A stretch of 64,000 bases of DNA, taken from positions 1-64,000 of the forward strand of contig NGBS01000025.1 of assembly GCA_002245135.1 (NCBI GenBank), given 5' to 3'. The stretch is from Proteromonas lacertae. Taxonomy: Eukaryota. Each line of letters begins with the position of its first letter. Positions within the stretch are counted from its first letter, which is position 1. Positions 12,101-26,486 of this stretch are shown here, one piece after another. The translations under genes and the position numbers were made by a program. The notes beneath the pieces were generated by a model. It saw only the letters and a list, made by a program, of their open reading frames with translations, had not been told where the DNA came from and made no database searches.

Positions 12101-13843
12101 CCATTTAAACGAAATAAATTCACTTTCACATCGACATTCTGGTTTTGAGTCTTTCTTAAAGTAATTCACATTTGCATCACTACTACAATCATATCCACTG
12201 TAATCATCATCAATTGAATCTTCTAATATATAACAACTATGTTGTTTTTCATCATTTCGATTTAAAACTCTTCGAATTAATTTTGCTTCAAGTTTGGTTT
12301 TATTATTCTTTATTATATATTCATTAGCTGTATTAGATAAATACATTATTTCAGTCAAGTCTTTATTATCTTTCATTGGATATGGTTTTACACTAATTAC
12401 ACCATCTGTTGGTAAAATTGAGCTATAATCTTGATCTGCAAAACATGGCAATATTGATCCTTCTTTAACTGTATAATATACATCAGTATTGATTAATCCA
12501 ACTTGATAATATTTACCATCATAGCTACTAGATAAACTTAAATTCTTATCTTCGAATTGATGTGCTTGTAATGATGTAAATCTTCTAAAGGCAAAACTTG
12601 CTTCATATATATTATTATCACTTGTTTTTGTTAAATAACCTGGAATTTTAATATCATTATCATTTAATCTTAAGCTATAATGTGGACAATTTTTGCTAAA
12701 CCAAATGAATGAGATATATTCATCATTATTTTTACTAATATCACATTCACTACCACTTACATTATTCTTTAAGTATTCATCATTCAATATACCAGAATGC
12801 ATTAAACTAAAACCTGCAGTTGTATCAATAGTATAATTTGTATAATCATCTTTCGTATCACTATTTCCAACAGTTGTTGAACTTCCTTTATATATGTATC
12901 TATAAGTCAATTCACCTTCTTTTACAATATGAGCTGATGAACAGTTAGATAGTATAAAGTCATCTGTTACTATTGAAAAACTGGTTGTTGGATGAGTTTT
13001 TACATTTAATATTGGATATTGATCTTCAATTTTTCCTACTTTTACCAATTTTCTTTCTAAATAATACTCTACTTCTTCTTTAGTAGGAGCTTTACTTAAA
13101 ATATAAAAGTTATTAACATCACCACTTATTGAAGAAACTAATAATCCTGCTTCCATTAATTTCGCTGTTTCTGTGGCATTTATAGCTAGTAATACACTAT
13201 CATAACTGACATTACAGTGAGCATATAACCAGTTTAATGAGGCAAATTCAGGTAAATCAGAACAATTGTAATAATTCTTCATATAATTATTATTCAAATC
13301 ATTTCCTTCTAATCCTGTATAATCTGGATCATATTTGCCACCAACACTTTTACTTCTCCAATACTTTGAATCTACAGGTTTATGTGTAATACTACTATAG
13401 GAATTTGTTCCTTCAGACTCAGAAGTCTTTGTAATCCAATACACAATGGTCAATTCTAAACCTTGAGCTTTACTTACAGGTTTTGTAATTTCTTTGTGAG
13501 TATATTTCACTTTCAATGAATTACAACTAAGCCACACCTCTTCAGTTCTACCAGTTAATGTACAGTTCACTTCAGAAGCATCAATAAGACTACAGTTCTC
13601 ACCAGATTTCAGCAAATTCCAAATACCGTATACTACGGACTCTTCATTAACACTACCATATTTTGTTGAAGTTTCTACAGCTAAATTTCTTTCTTTGCTG
13701 GTTCTTTCAACATTATTCTTAATAACACCTTCCTTGAGTTTTTCATCTGCAGCTACATGACCATTACAAAGTGCAATGACTATAGAATATTACAAATTAT
13801 TTATTATACCCAACAGCAATGCAATAAATTCAAAACCTCTCAT
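9143..13843 (-). CDS. Large repeat-containing cell-surface protein (~1556 aa), signal peptide plus hydrophobic C-terminus (GPI/TM-like)
   Basis: Exon 1 13843-13810, 30-nt intron 13809-13780, giving MRGFEFIALLLVIALCNG. Seven copies of a C..(F/Y/L)xW...(N/H)C module. C-terminus IGDIFMILTVIIIMSLI. Confidence 0.85.
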
Positions 13844-13994
13844 GGCAGTTAATAAAATGCTAATTTGACCCGAAAACCGACAGTTAGAATATCCTTGTTT
13901 TTTAGCAATAGAACCATTTAAAATGAAAAACACACTGTAAACATAACTAAATTCAATAAAACAAATAGAATAAAAACAAAAAATTAATGTAAAC

Positions 13995-16900
13995 TTAAAC
14001 AATTAAACTCCAAACCATCAAAGCTCTATCATTACCTCCAGTCGAAATAACATATCTATCATCACAACTAAATCTAACCATCGGAACATGGCTAGAATGA
14101 CCAATTCCTTCAAAATACTGATGATCTTTTGTAAGTACTGGATATCTATACAGTCTGACTTTACCAAAATCATCGCCACTAACTAGCAATTCACCACTGT
14201 GACTTCTATCACAGTAATTAATATCTGTACCATCTGAAGTATTAGCCCAAATACCTTGCACAGGCCAGCCTAATACACACGATTGAGTATACCATTTCAC
14301 ATCTTTCAATGAACTTGGTGTATTGATATGTTTTCCTTTCATATCGTAGAATAACAACTCATAATCACCATAAGTAACTTGTAAATATTTACTATCCACT
14401 GAAAAATCAAAATGTGATATATAACTATGACCAGCTTTACAAGTAGCAACACATTTTTGATATGAGTCAGACTGATTGTATATATACACCCTAGTATCAT
14501 GTGTACCAACTGCTAAATATTGTCCATTCGGTGAAAACTTCACATCACTGACATGTGACTTAGATATTTCTAAATTTTGACTAATCACACAGGATTTAAT
14601 ATCACTCTCAATATTTGATTTATTAGTATCGATTTGACTTAATTTCTTAAAATCATAAATAATAAAGCCACCTAAATTCTCATTATCAGTTCCTTTGGTA
14701 CTACCACTCCTCGTTCCACCCATCCTTCCACCTAAACCAACACATAATAATTTACCATCTACAGAATAATCAACAGCTCTAGCCATTCGAGGTAATTTCA
14801 CAATTCCTGTCATTGCTCTCTTGCTAATACTCCACATTCTCAGTGAGTTATCATCACCTACACTGATGATTTTATTACTATCTTTAACAGCTACTGTACA
14901 ACCCCATAATTCATCTTTACAATGTCCAGCTGCTAATCTTTCAATTTTACCTGTTGTCTTATTATCAACATCTATTTCTAATTCTAATATATCACTACCC
15001 ATTGTACCAATTAGTAATTTAGATTCATCATCACTGAAACATAGTGAAGCCAAACCATAATTCAAACAGGTAATATGATTCTCACATATATCAGATAATG
15101 TAATGGAATAAATATCTTTCATATTTCCATCCCAAATAATTATTTTACCTGATTTATCACCTGTTATTACACCATTACTGTATTTATAGATTGCATGAGC
15201 ACCAGCTTTATGATTTTTAATCACTTTATTACATGAATTGCCACTGAATAAATAAAGTGGACCTTTAGAAGTACCACATACCATTGTTGTCTCATTCAAA
15301 GAAGCTGCACAAACTAAAGTTGTAATTGGAGCACTTTTGAACAAAGCTCTTTTCTTTGTAACGGATGAAGCATTCCAGAAATTTCCATGTTTTACACCAC
15401 CACTCATAAATGTTCCATCATTAATCCATTCTACAAATAGCGTATTATTACCATCACCTTTATCACTACCTATTAATTTCACTTTTGTCCAATTATCATT
15501 GGATTTACCATATAATGCAACAGAATGATTACCATCTTGACCAACGGTTGCTAATTTCTTACCATCTGGACTGAAGGATAGTGCTAAAATACCTTTCTTA
15601 TGATATCCTTTGATTGTTGTACATAATTCACCAGTTGAACTATCCCATATATTAATAAAAGGCTTAGGACCAAGCTCACCAGTAGCAACATAGGATAATG
15701 TTGGATCAATACATAGACAAGTAATATCATCTTGATGATCTAAATTGAAGATTTGTGGTGCTTTTGGTGGTTGAATTATACCAACTGCAGCTACATGATA
15801 GACTATATTGCCAGTATTAGTATATCTTAAATTATTACGACTATTCTGAGCTGCATATCCAAATGCAGTGTTTAACTCCAATCTTTCACGAGGTAATGCT
15901 GGATTAACTGGTGGTGGTTTACTGGGTGCAAAAATTGCACCTAACCATGGTTTAACTGCCATGAATTCATCTCCACTGGATGGTATTTGGAATGTTTCTT
16001 TACTACTTACTTCTTTTGTTCTTTCTACGAGTAAACCATTATCATCATCTTCATCTCCACCATCATCATCTAAACTCATTAACAATTGTTCACCTGTCAT
16101 TTGTTCAGTACCATTTCGTTCAAACGACCAAACGATTGTACATCGATCATTACCACCTGTTGTTACTAAATATCCATAATTCTCTCTTGATCGAGGATTA
16201 TTACTATCTCTAATTTGAAATGGATCAAATTTTACATTTTGTACAAAACTACTATGTCCTGTACCTTGTACAAAATTAGATTTCTTCGTTACACATGGAT
16301 AATTAAACAATTTAACCAATCCAAAATCATCAGATGTAGCTAACAAACCTGTTTGATTATCTCTATCTAAGCTATTCACATCAGTTCCATCACTACATTC
16401 TGGCCATATTCCTTGAACCGACCAACCTAATACACAAGTTTGGCTTGACCATTCTGTATTTTTCATTGAAGAACTAGCCGTTATCTGTTTACCACTTGAA
16501 ACATCCCAAAATAATAATTCATAAGCACCACAAGTTGATTGTAAATATTTACCATTTGTTGAGAAATCAAAATGAGTAATATAACTAGAATGTCCACTTA
16601 ATTTCTTAAACAATGTTGGATTATCTCTACTAAAATTATATATATAAATGAAATCATCATGCGAGCCAACAGCAAACTTATCTCCTTTTGGTGTAAATTT
16701 AATATCACTAATCCATGCCTTAGCATCTTGTCTTTTATTCTTATTCCATAACCATTTCTTCTTCTCTTTATTATAAGTAATTACAACTATCCCACCTTCT
16801 CCTCTTACACTTCCTTTACCTACTCTTCCACCTAAACCAGCTACTAATGCATCTCCATTTGGATGATAACAGATTGCTCTGGACATACAATCTAATTGAA

Positions 16901-19900
16901 CTAAATCTTTTTGTCTAAATATATCCAAGTTCCAGAATCTTAGTGTTTGATCATCACCTGCTGTACAGCATTCATCCCATTTCATTGGATTCATTGCTAA
17001 TCCCCATAATTCATCAGCACAATGACCAACAACTAGTGGACCTTCTACTTCATAATTCTTTGATTTTATACCTGTTAATTCTAATACTTCACTACCTTTT
17101 GTACCAATCAATATTTTATTTTCATCTGAATTGTAACAGATACTTCTAATATCACTACTTTGTAAAACAATATTCTTCTTTTTACATAATTCATCTAAGA
17201 TAATAACTTCTTTTTTATTGTTATTTGTATCATATCTTATAATTCTTCCACCAGGATTACTCTTATTTCCAGCAACACCACATAATAAATCATTTTTACC
17301 ACTATATAAACAGTAAACAGCACCCATTTTCAATGAAACAATCTTTGTCAAATTCCTACCAGTGAATATATATAAACTACCATCATTACATCCAACAACA
17401 TGATTGCCACTGTTACTGCAATATTCAATAGATATAAATGTCTGTTGTTTACCTTTACTACCTAATATACCTCTTCTGGATGATATATTTTGACCTTGAA
17501 ATTCCCAAAACTTTATATGTTTAACACCACATTGAGCTACTACATTATTATCATCCCAACATATATCTAACACTTTATTAACATCACCTTTACTTTGAGA
17601 TTTTATCTTTGCTTTTTGCCAATCATAGATAGCAATTGAATGATTATCATCTTGACCAATAGAAGCTAATAAATCACCTTTCTTATTGAATGCAATTAAT
17701 ATAACAGCTCTCTTATGATAATTGGTTAATTCTTTAATCATTTCACCATTTTCAGCATCCCATATCACTATCTTTGGTTTAGCACCTAATTGACCTGTTG
17801 CTACAACTTTTAATTCAGGATGAATAGCTAATGAAACTATATCATCATTATGATTTTGATTGTAATATTGTTTATTCTCTTTTACATGGAAACTTATTCC
17901 TAATGCAGCAGTATGATATATTAAACTCTCATCATAAGAATATCTCAAGTTATTTCTCACATCTTGAGCTTGATAACCAAATGCCCATCTAATATCAATA
18001 GATACATCAGGTGCTGATGGATTAACTGGTGCATGGTTATCTGGTTCATGAATTGCACCTAACCACGGTTTAACTGCCAAGAATTCATCTCCACCATCTA
18101 ATCTATCTTCAAATGGATGAGATAATTCAGTCATATGATCTAAACCATCATCTTCATTATCTTCCACTATATTATTAAATGCATTAGGATCTCGATCATC
18201 ACTCTCATATCTCCATTGAAATACACTTCTATCATTACCACCTGTTGACCATACATACTGTTTAGATTTGAAATATGGTGTAAATCTTACATTAGTGACA
18301 TGACTGGAATGACCAATAAAACTAGAAAATGGACTATTTTTATTTACACATGGATATCTAAATAGTTTAACTAATCCAAAATCATCAGCTGTTACTAATA
18401 CATCTCCTTTGGGTGATAAATCTAAGCTATTCACATCAGTTCCATCACTACATTTTGGCCAAATACCTTGAACTCCCCAACCTAATACACAAGTTTGGCT
18501 TGACCACTTTGTGTCCTTCATACTAGAGCTGGCAGTTATTTGTTTACCATTGTTGGTACTCCAAAATAATAATTCATAAGCACCACAATTTGATTGTAAA
18601 TAACGACTATCTTTAGAGAAATCAATATGAGTGATATAACTAGAATGACCTTTACATCTTGTATTATATTGTAAACCAGGCCATTTATAGAGATAAATAT
18701 AATTATCATGAGAACCAACAGCTATTATTGAACCACAGGGTGAAAATTTAACATCACTAATCCACTGTTTAGAATCATGTCGAGTCTTTGTAATTTTCAA
18801 TGATTTTTCATTAATTGCAATTACCATTCCTTCATATTTATCATTTGTTTTTTTACCTACTCTTCCACCTAATCCACAGATAATATTCTTACCATCTATT
18901 GAATAAGCGCATGCTCTAGACATGGAGGGTAATACTGCTCCTCTAATCTGACTGTAAGTTAAACAATCGAATATTCTAACAGTATGATCATCACCAACTG
19001 TACAACATTCATTTGGTTTGGTTGGATTGATTGCCAAACCCCACAATTCATCATTGTAATGACCTGAGACTATTTTATTTATATATTCAGATGGAATTTT
19101 ATCTCTTTCAGCATTATTATTTATTCTATTGTATTGTATAACATATATTTCACTAAAGATTGTACCAACCAATAATCTATCACCACTTATACACAAGCTT
19201 TTAACTTGAACTTTAGAAGGTGGTACAACAATATTATCTTTCTCAATTAGACAAGTACAGAATTGAGATGTATTTAAATCAATTTGTTTCTTCATTTTCA
19301 TATTCATATCCCAAATAATAATCAAACCATCTTTACCACCAGATAATATCTCAGAGTTATTATTACAATATAATGTATGAACTGTTCCAGTATGTTTTTT
19401 ATATGATTTCTGCGCTGATCGACCCATCCATTGGTATATTTCACCTTTCGCTGTTCCTGTTAAAAATGAATCACTGGATAGTGGTAAAATACACGAAATT
19501 GTTTGTAACTGACATTTACCAAATAAACCATTTTGATTTTTCAATACTTTACCATTTAATGTCCAATATTTTAAGTGTTTTACACCACAAGTGACGAGAG
19601 TTGTATCGCTTAAGAATTTACATTCTAAAGTCTTTTCTTTTGAACCAGTTGCTGTAGAAAACTTCGTAAATGTATTCTTTTGGAAATTCAACTTGTGGAT
19701 AGCGATTGAATGATTATCATCTTGTCCAACACTTGCTAAATAATCACCTGATGGACTAAATGCTACAAATAATATAGCTCTTTGATGAAATCCACCAATA
19801 TCCATTAATATTGTACCTGGATCATTAACATTCCATATTATCACCTTTGGATTCTTTCCAATTTGACCTGTTGCTACATATTCACCAGATGGATGGATTG

Positions 19901-21070
19901 CTAAACATAATACATCATCATCATGACCAAAGTTGAATGACTGCTTCTTTTCATTGATATTTAAACATATACCTACTCCAGCACTGTGATAGACTATCTT
20001 ATTAGGATCTTTGGTGAAATATGCATTTTGATGACTATTCTGAGCAGCATAACCATAAATCCACTCTAAATTCAAAGAAGCATCTGGTGGAGAATTGATA
20101 ATTGGAGGTGGTTTACTCGGTGCATGAATTGCACCTTTCCAAGGTTTAACTGCCATGAATTCATCTCCACCAACAAACTGATCATTAAATTCTGGTTTAC
20201 TCTCTGGAATTTCTTCATTTTCTATCTCTTCACTGATTTGAGAGTATTTGGTTGTACAATTCAAAAACTGTTTGAAGTACTTATTTCCAAATAAGAAATA
20301 ATTAGTAAAGTCCTTGTGACTGACACTCTTAATCCAATTAGGTTTTCCATGTAATGTTGGATCAGAAGCAATTTCACCAAGTAAGTGAAAACAACTATCT
20401 AAAATAGTAGCATCTGATGCTATATCACGCTTATTCAATGAATTCATGTCATCTACAGTGTTTTCATCTGATTGTCTATTGAATTAATATAATTATAATA
20501 ATTTATACTGTAAACTAAGCACATGATGGTACACTTTATCAATACCAGACAATAATGATTTCATTGATAATAAGAACTCTTCTCTTGATAATTGACGGCT
20601 TTCTGTAGTGTTTGAATTGACATTGAAGTGGAATGCATCAAATAAATCTTCAATCTTGATGGAATCATCTAAATCTGCAAATAAGATGAAGAAATAAAGT
20701 AATTCATAAGCATCAAATTTGTTGGGATCTTGTTGCTATAACAAAATGTATAAAATCAATAATAAAATACATAGGGTGTTGAAAATGCTGGTAAAAAGTT
20801 CTTTACTCTTTCTCTAATATCTTCTGGATCATAATTCAAGGCTTTATCAAACCACAATACAACATCATCCTCTGTTACGAAGGTAGCATCTTTGTCTTCG
20901 TTGTTCACTAAACTCTGGTAATAGTTTCTGAAGATGTAAGTCAATTGCTGTTGATTAAAACCAGTAAATGTTGTAATGTCTGAAGTGAGGAATGTCTGTC
21001 TACCATTATCACTGTTCGTACCATTTACATCTTTCTCGTTGTAAACTATGCTTTTTAAAATCTCGTCCAT
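13995..21070 (-). CDS. Echinoderm microtubule-associated protein-like (EML5/6-type, three HELP+WD40 TAPE units) with degenerate EF-hand-like N-terminus, ~2335 aa
   Basis: Three repeats of GDEF(M/L)AVKPW.GAI, WxSQ(T/S)CVLGW.VQGIW, DGTD(V/I)N and GHSS(H/F)V. Introns 20770-20736 and 20508-20476 join the upstream ORFs in frame. Confidence 0.9.
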
Positions 21071-21453
21071 AACCAAAAATTCAAAAAACGCTTTTTCAAA
21101 TTTCAAACTTGTTTGTTTGCAATTCAAACCTAAATCAAACTCACTCTATTTTTAATAATCGTTTTTATGTGAGATAATAGATATATTTCACGAATAATAT
21201 TTCTAAATGTTTCTTATGCTCATTGTCTTTAGTTTTCTGTAATTATATATTAGTGTTAAATAAATAATCAAAAAATTAACTATTTAGAATTTCTAAAACT
21301 ATAAATTCTCATAAAAATGCTTTCTTATAACATATAAAGTAGAAATATATCAATCACTCTTCTTTAAAAGGAAAAAAATCTTACAGTAAAATTCGAGCTT
21401 CAAACTTAAAGTAGTATTTTTCATAATACAATTTAATTTTCATTTTTCGGTTA

Positions 21454-22785
21454 ATGTCTTGCATTGATGTAGTTTTGGGAGCTCAATGGGGAGATGAAGG
21501 TAAAGGTAAGTTAGTTGATGTCTTAGCAACAAAGTATACTTTAGGTTTTAATTTTGTAGAGATTATGTCGCTTGTTGCAGAGTAGCAGGTGGAGCTAATG
21601 CTGGACATACCGTCATTGCAAAGGGAAAGAAATTACCTTTTCATCTTGTTCCTTCAGGAGTATTAAACGAAAAAGCCATGGTAATTATTGGAAACGGTGT
21701 AGTTATTCATTTCCCAAGTTTGATTACTGAGCTTGAATTACTTGACTCTGTTGGTATTGAATATAAAAGCAGATTCAAGATTTCAACCAGAGCTCAAATC
21801 ACTTTCGATTTCCATCAAATCTGTGATGGTTTATCTGAGAAAAAGTTAGGAGAAAAAAAGATTGGAACCACTGGTAAAGGTATTGGACCAACTTATTCAT
21901 CCAAGATAAACCGTTGTGGTGTAAGATGTGGTACATTATTACACTGGGATGTATTTGAAAAGAAAGTTAGAAATCTCTATGCAAAAGTATTATAATTAAT
22001 TAATTAATTATAAATTTAAATAGCTACAAAATGAGTTAGGACCATTCGATCATGATTTAGAAGAAGAATTAGGAAGATTCAAGAAGTATGCAGAAATGTT
22101 CAAACCTATGATTTGTGATACTGTCAGTTTAGTTCATAAGTTAATTAAAGAAGGTAAAGATATAATTATTGAAGGAGCTAATGCTATTATGTTAGATGTT
22201 GATTTTGGCACTTATCCCTATGTTACCTCTTCTAACCCTTCCATTGGTGGTTGTATTACTGGATTAGGAATTCCACCTCAAGCTATTCGTAATATTTATG
22301 GTATTGTTAAAGCTTATACTACCCGTGTTGGTGAAGGACCATTCCCTACTGAGTTATTAAACGAAGAAGGAGATAGATTGAGAAAGATCGGAGCTGAATA
22401 TGGAACTACCACTGGTAGACCAAGAAGATGTGGTTGGTTGGATTTAGTACAAGTTGCTTATGGTGCTCAGATTAACAATTACTCTGCTATTTGTTTAACA
22501 AAATTGGATTGTTTGAGTGATTTTGACGAAATTAAAATTGCTGTAAAGTACAAGCTTAATGGTAAAGAGATTGACTATTTCCCAAGTGAATTAGAAGAAT
22601 TATCAGCTGTTGAACCAGTATTTGAGACATTACCTGGTTGGAAATGTGACATTTCTAAATGTAGAAAGATTTCTGAATTACCAGAAAATGCTAAGAGTTA
22701 TATTAAGAGAATTGAAGCTATTCTTGAAATACCCATAAATTGGGTTGGTGTTGGTGCTGATAGAGATGCTACTGCCACAGTGTAA
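21454..22785 (+). CDS. purA: Adenylosuccinate synthetase
   Basis: [56 protein letters not shown]; introns 21534-21559 and 21987-22023. Confidence 0.97.
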
Positions 22786-22988
22786 ATGTGCTTATGACAA
22801 TTGATTGTTTATGATAAGAAATGACTTAAAATGCTCTATTTTTGAAATTAGAATATAGAGTGGTTTTGTGGGGTTTCTTTTCATAAAAAGAAAAATTGGG
22901 GTTTACAAGTTTTTTATATAGTGAAAAATTCTTTTCAAACATACTAAAGAGCAATTTTTTGTGTGTATTTTTGTTTTTAACTTAATAG

Positions 22989-25544
22989 ATGTATATAAAG
23001 CTTTTTATAATTCTTTTATTACCTTTAAACTACATATGAAAATTCGTATTATATAATTATAGGTTTAATCAACCACATCGTCCTTTTGATGATGATTATC
23101 CTTCAGATTATGTTCCTGGCATGGAAAATGATAATGAGTTTAATCAAATAGGTAGTCCGATTCTAGGTTCTAGAAAACAGTCTTTTTCATCTTCTGTCTT
23201 AAGTGATGTTATGAAAGGACCATCTTTTCCTAATACAAGCGAGTTAATTAATCATGTAGCCACTTGTTCCAACTATTTATGTCCTTATGAGCAATGTCAA
23301 GAGCTTAAATTGCAATGTTTTCATTACTCGCTGTGCGATAGAAGAGACTGTAAAATCTGTAGTCAGCTTTCTGAGATATTAATGGAGCATAAGCGTTCAT
23401 GCAATCCAAGCCAGTGTTTCTTCATATTGTGTAGAAATACATTATTACCCAAAATGAATGATATGGCACCTCCCAGAAATAATCCTAATGGTGGTGGTAG
23501 TTCAAAATCTCGTCATAATAACCATTCATCCTCATCTCACCATAATTCCCATTCCAAGCAAAATCAACATCATCAACAACAACAACAAGCCATGCTTCAA
23601 GCTCAACATTCACCATTATCAATGATGAACAATAACAACATCCAACCCTCAATATCACCACAAATCAATATCAATGTAAAAACTGAAAATAAGAAATATT
23701 CATCTATCAATAATAATAATAATAATAATAATAATTCATCACCATCTTCATTAATTATGATCCAACCATCCACTACCAGTCCTTCAAATAATAATATCAC
23801 TACTCCATCCTCTTTAATGCTAAATTCATTAACTATCAGTACTCCAGCCAATAGCAATAACAATAATTCAAATATACCTATATCAATACAACCAAATAAT
23901 AATAATAATAATAATAATAATTCAAATATACCTATATCATCTCCCACTCAAACAATAATCGTTAAACAACAACAACAACAACCTCCTCCTCCATCATCAT
24001 CTTCATCTTCATCTCAACAACCTATTATAATCAATAATAATAATAATAATAATATCAAAACAATCGGTAATGGAGGAGGTATATTATGGTCAACAATGTT
24101 AGTTCAACCTGATCCTACTAATAAGGGAAAGTTATGTAAACATACACCACGTAAGATGTTGAAAGGTCAAACACAACAACCACCGATCTATGTACAATGG
24201 GTTCATTGTTGTCTATGTAATAAACTAAGAAAATTACCAGGACATATGGAGATAGCAAGATTAAAGGAGTTTAAATGCAATATGAACATATGGGATCCTC
24301 CTTATGCTGATTGTATAGTACCAGAAGAAGAAGATAAAGAAAATACAACGATTGATTTACAAGGTAATTATTTAGAATATGAACAGGAGAAAGAAGCATT
24401 TATGGAGAAACTAAAGCAATTTCATCGTGAGAGTGGTAGTGGAGTTGTATTAAGAACACCTACTTTAGGTAGAAAAGAAGTTGATTTATATAGACTATTT
24501 AGAGAAGTGAGTAGTTATGGTGGTGCATGTTCAGTAGTCTCTAAAGAAGGTACTTGGGCAAGGATATATCGAGGAATGGATAATTTTTCACCAACTGAAA
24601 CAAGTGCTTCATTTAGATTGAAGAAGATGTATAATAAGTATTTATTATCATTTGAGAAATTTGTATTTAATTTTGATGATACTTTACCATCATCTTCTAC
24701 TACTACTACAACTACAACTACAACTCCTACTACTACAAGTAATCCAGCAGGTAATATGATAGATAATAATAATAATAATACATCAAAACAATGGGGAAAT
24801 AATGGTAATACAAAATATACATACTTCCCAGCAGCTTCTGATAATAATAATAATAAGACTATAATAATGAGCAATATAAAAAACAATTCCAATATATGGA
24901 TATGTAGTGATTGTGGTACTAGAAATACGACTAATCAGTTTTGCAGTAATTGTCAAACTACAAGAAAGAAGCGTAAAACATCGAATGAAAGTAAATATAA
25001 TAATGAAATGAAACCTCCACCATCACATTTATATCAAACACCAAACACCACCACCACAACAACAACATCATCATCTACATTTACAGCGACAGTATCATTA
25101 TCTCAACAACAACAACAATCATCATCTACCTTTATGAATCCATTATTACAACCACCATCAATACCTGAACCACAAATGACTCAATCATCATCTTCATCTT
25201 CCTTAACTTCATTACCATCATCATCAACAACTACTGCAACTGATAATAATCCCAATAATAATGGTAATAATAATCAATTACCAAGAAAAGAATCAATTGG
25301 TATTTTATTCACAAGAAAAGAATCATATTACACATTACCTGCTGATGGTTCTACTCCATTATTAAATACAAATAATACACCTCCATCACAGTCTATTTCT
25401 CCTACTTCTTCATTTATTAATAGTAATACTTTTACTGCTATAAGAAGAGATTCTTTTAATTTACCTGAATTGACTCTTGGTCCATCTGCTGCTACTGATA
25501 TGGATATGTATTTGAGAAATACAGATTTACATAATGAACATTAA
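22989..25544 (+). CDS. Chromatin protein with TAZ zinc finger, CW zinc finger, ARID domain and RanBP2-type zinc finger; N/Q/S/T low-complexity linkers
   Basis: HVATC..C..C..H..C..C..C..H..C..C (TAZ); QWVHCCLCNKLRKLP..FKCNMNIWD..C.VPEE (CW); VDLYRLFREVSSYGG..WARI..LKKMYNKYLLSFE (ARID); WICSDCGTRN..CSNC. Start uncertain: AT|G split by intron 22991-23062, or ATG at 23121. Confidence 0.85.
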
Positions 25545-25835
25545 ATAGTAATTAAAATAGATTCTTTAAATTATATTATATATATTTGTTTTGTTTTGTT
25601 TTATATAATTATTAATTGTTTTGTTGTGTGTTTTGAGGTGAAAATAAAATGAAAGAGTAAATAATAATTGTTAAAAGAAATGAAAATAATAGTTGATATG
25701 TCAAAAGAAAAATTTTTCTATTGGATTAATTAAATAGAAAATATGATGTAGAAATATTACATTTTTTATTATATAACATTTATCTCACCATAATATAACA
25801 TTTCAATAATAAGGAATTTTAATAAAACATATTAG

Positions 25836-26486
25836 TTATATCTGATCATACTTCAATACAGGTTTCATTATCTTTTCATTCATATTCTTTCTTTTATTAA
25901 TACTTCGAAAGTGAATTGTCATTCCAATTATCAATCCAACTACTGCAACAGATGCTACAACAGCATATATAATTAAAATCACATTATCATTACTCTTTAT
26001 TCTTTCATTTCTTGATTCATCACCATCTGCTAAGACACTAATTCGAATCTGTTGATTATTTGTAATATTTCCACTGATAGAAGTAATAGTGTATATCCTA
26101 TTACTTCTTTCTTTTGGAGAACCAGAGATCTTACCATTAATTACGTTAATTGACATTCCATATGGTAATTCTGGAGTTACTGTAATAGTATCAATATTGT
26201 CATGGATAATTGGAATTATTTCTCCCATTCTACCATTAATTAACACATTCTCATTATAGTCATAAAGTAATGGAATTCTATCACAATCATGAACTTCCAT
26301 CCATAATGCTATTCCATTCTTTTCAATACATGTTCTATATTTATACATATGATCACCACAGTATATTACTGTTGTATGATTGACATGCGTTGCAGGGTAT
26401 TCAGCTTCAGCATTACAGAATAATTGTTGAACATTATCAGCAGTTGATAATGTTAAAAAGATGAAGAATAAGAAAATATATTTCAT
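25836..26486 (-). CDS. Type I membrane protein with He_PIG-like Ig domain (copy 1, 216 aa)
   Basis: Signal peptide MKYIFLFFIFLTLSTA; TVTPELPYGMSINVINGKISGSP..YTITS (He_PIG pattern); TM helix VILIIYAVVASVAVVGLIIGM. Confidence 0.85.
   Translation of the reverse strand: MKYIFLFFIFLTLSTADNVQQLFCNAEAEYPATHVNHTTVIYCGDHMYKYRTCIEKNGIALWMEVHDCDRIPLLYDYNENVLINGRMGEIIPIIHDNIDTITVTPELPYGMSINVINGKISGSPKERSNRIYTITSISGNITNNQQIRISVLADGDESRNERIKSNDNVILIIYAVVASVAVVGLIIGMTIHFRSINKRKNMNEKIMKPVLKYDQI

Noticed and set aside
13790..14002. 70-aa ORF between the EML gene and the surface-protein gene
   Set aside because: Only its last codons are real (exon 1 of the surface protein); the rest is intergenic or intron
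9955..19594. Many short opposite-strand or alternate-frame ORFs within the surface-protein and EML genes
   Set aside because: Shadow ORFs of long AT-rich CDSs, with no motifs of their own
23490..25280. AAT/CAA/TCA/ACT trinucleotide tracts
   Set aside because: Encode poly-N/Q/S/T linkers; ordinary low complexity, not an array
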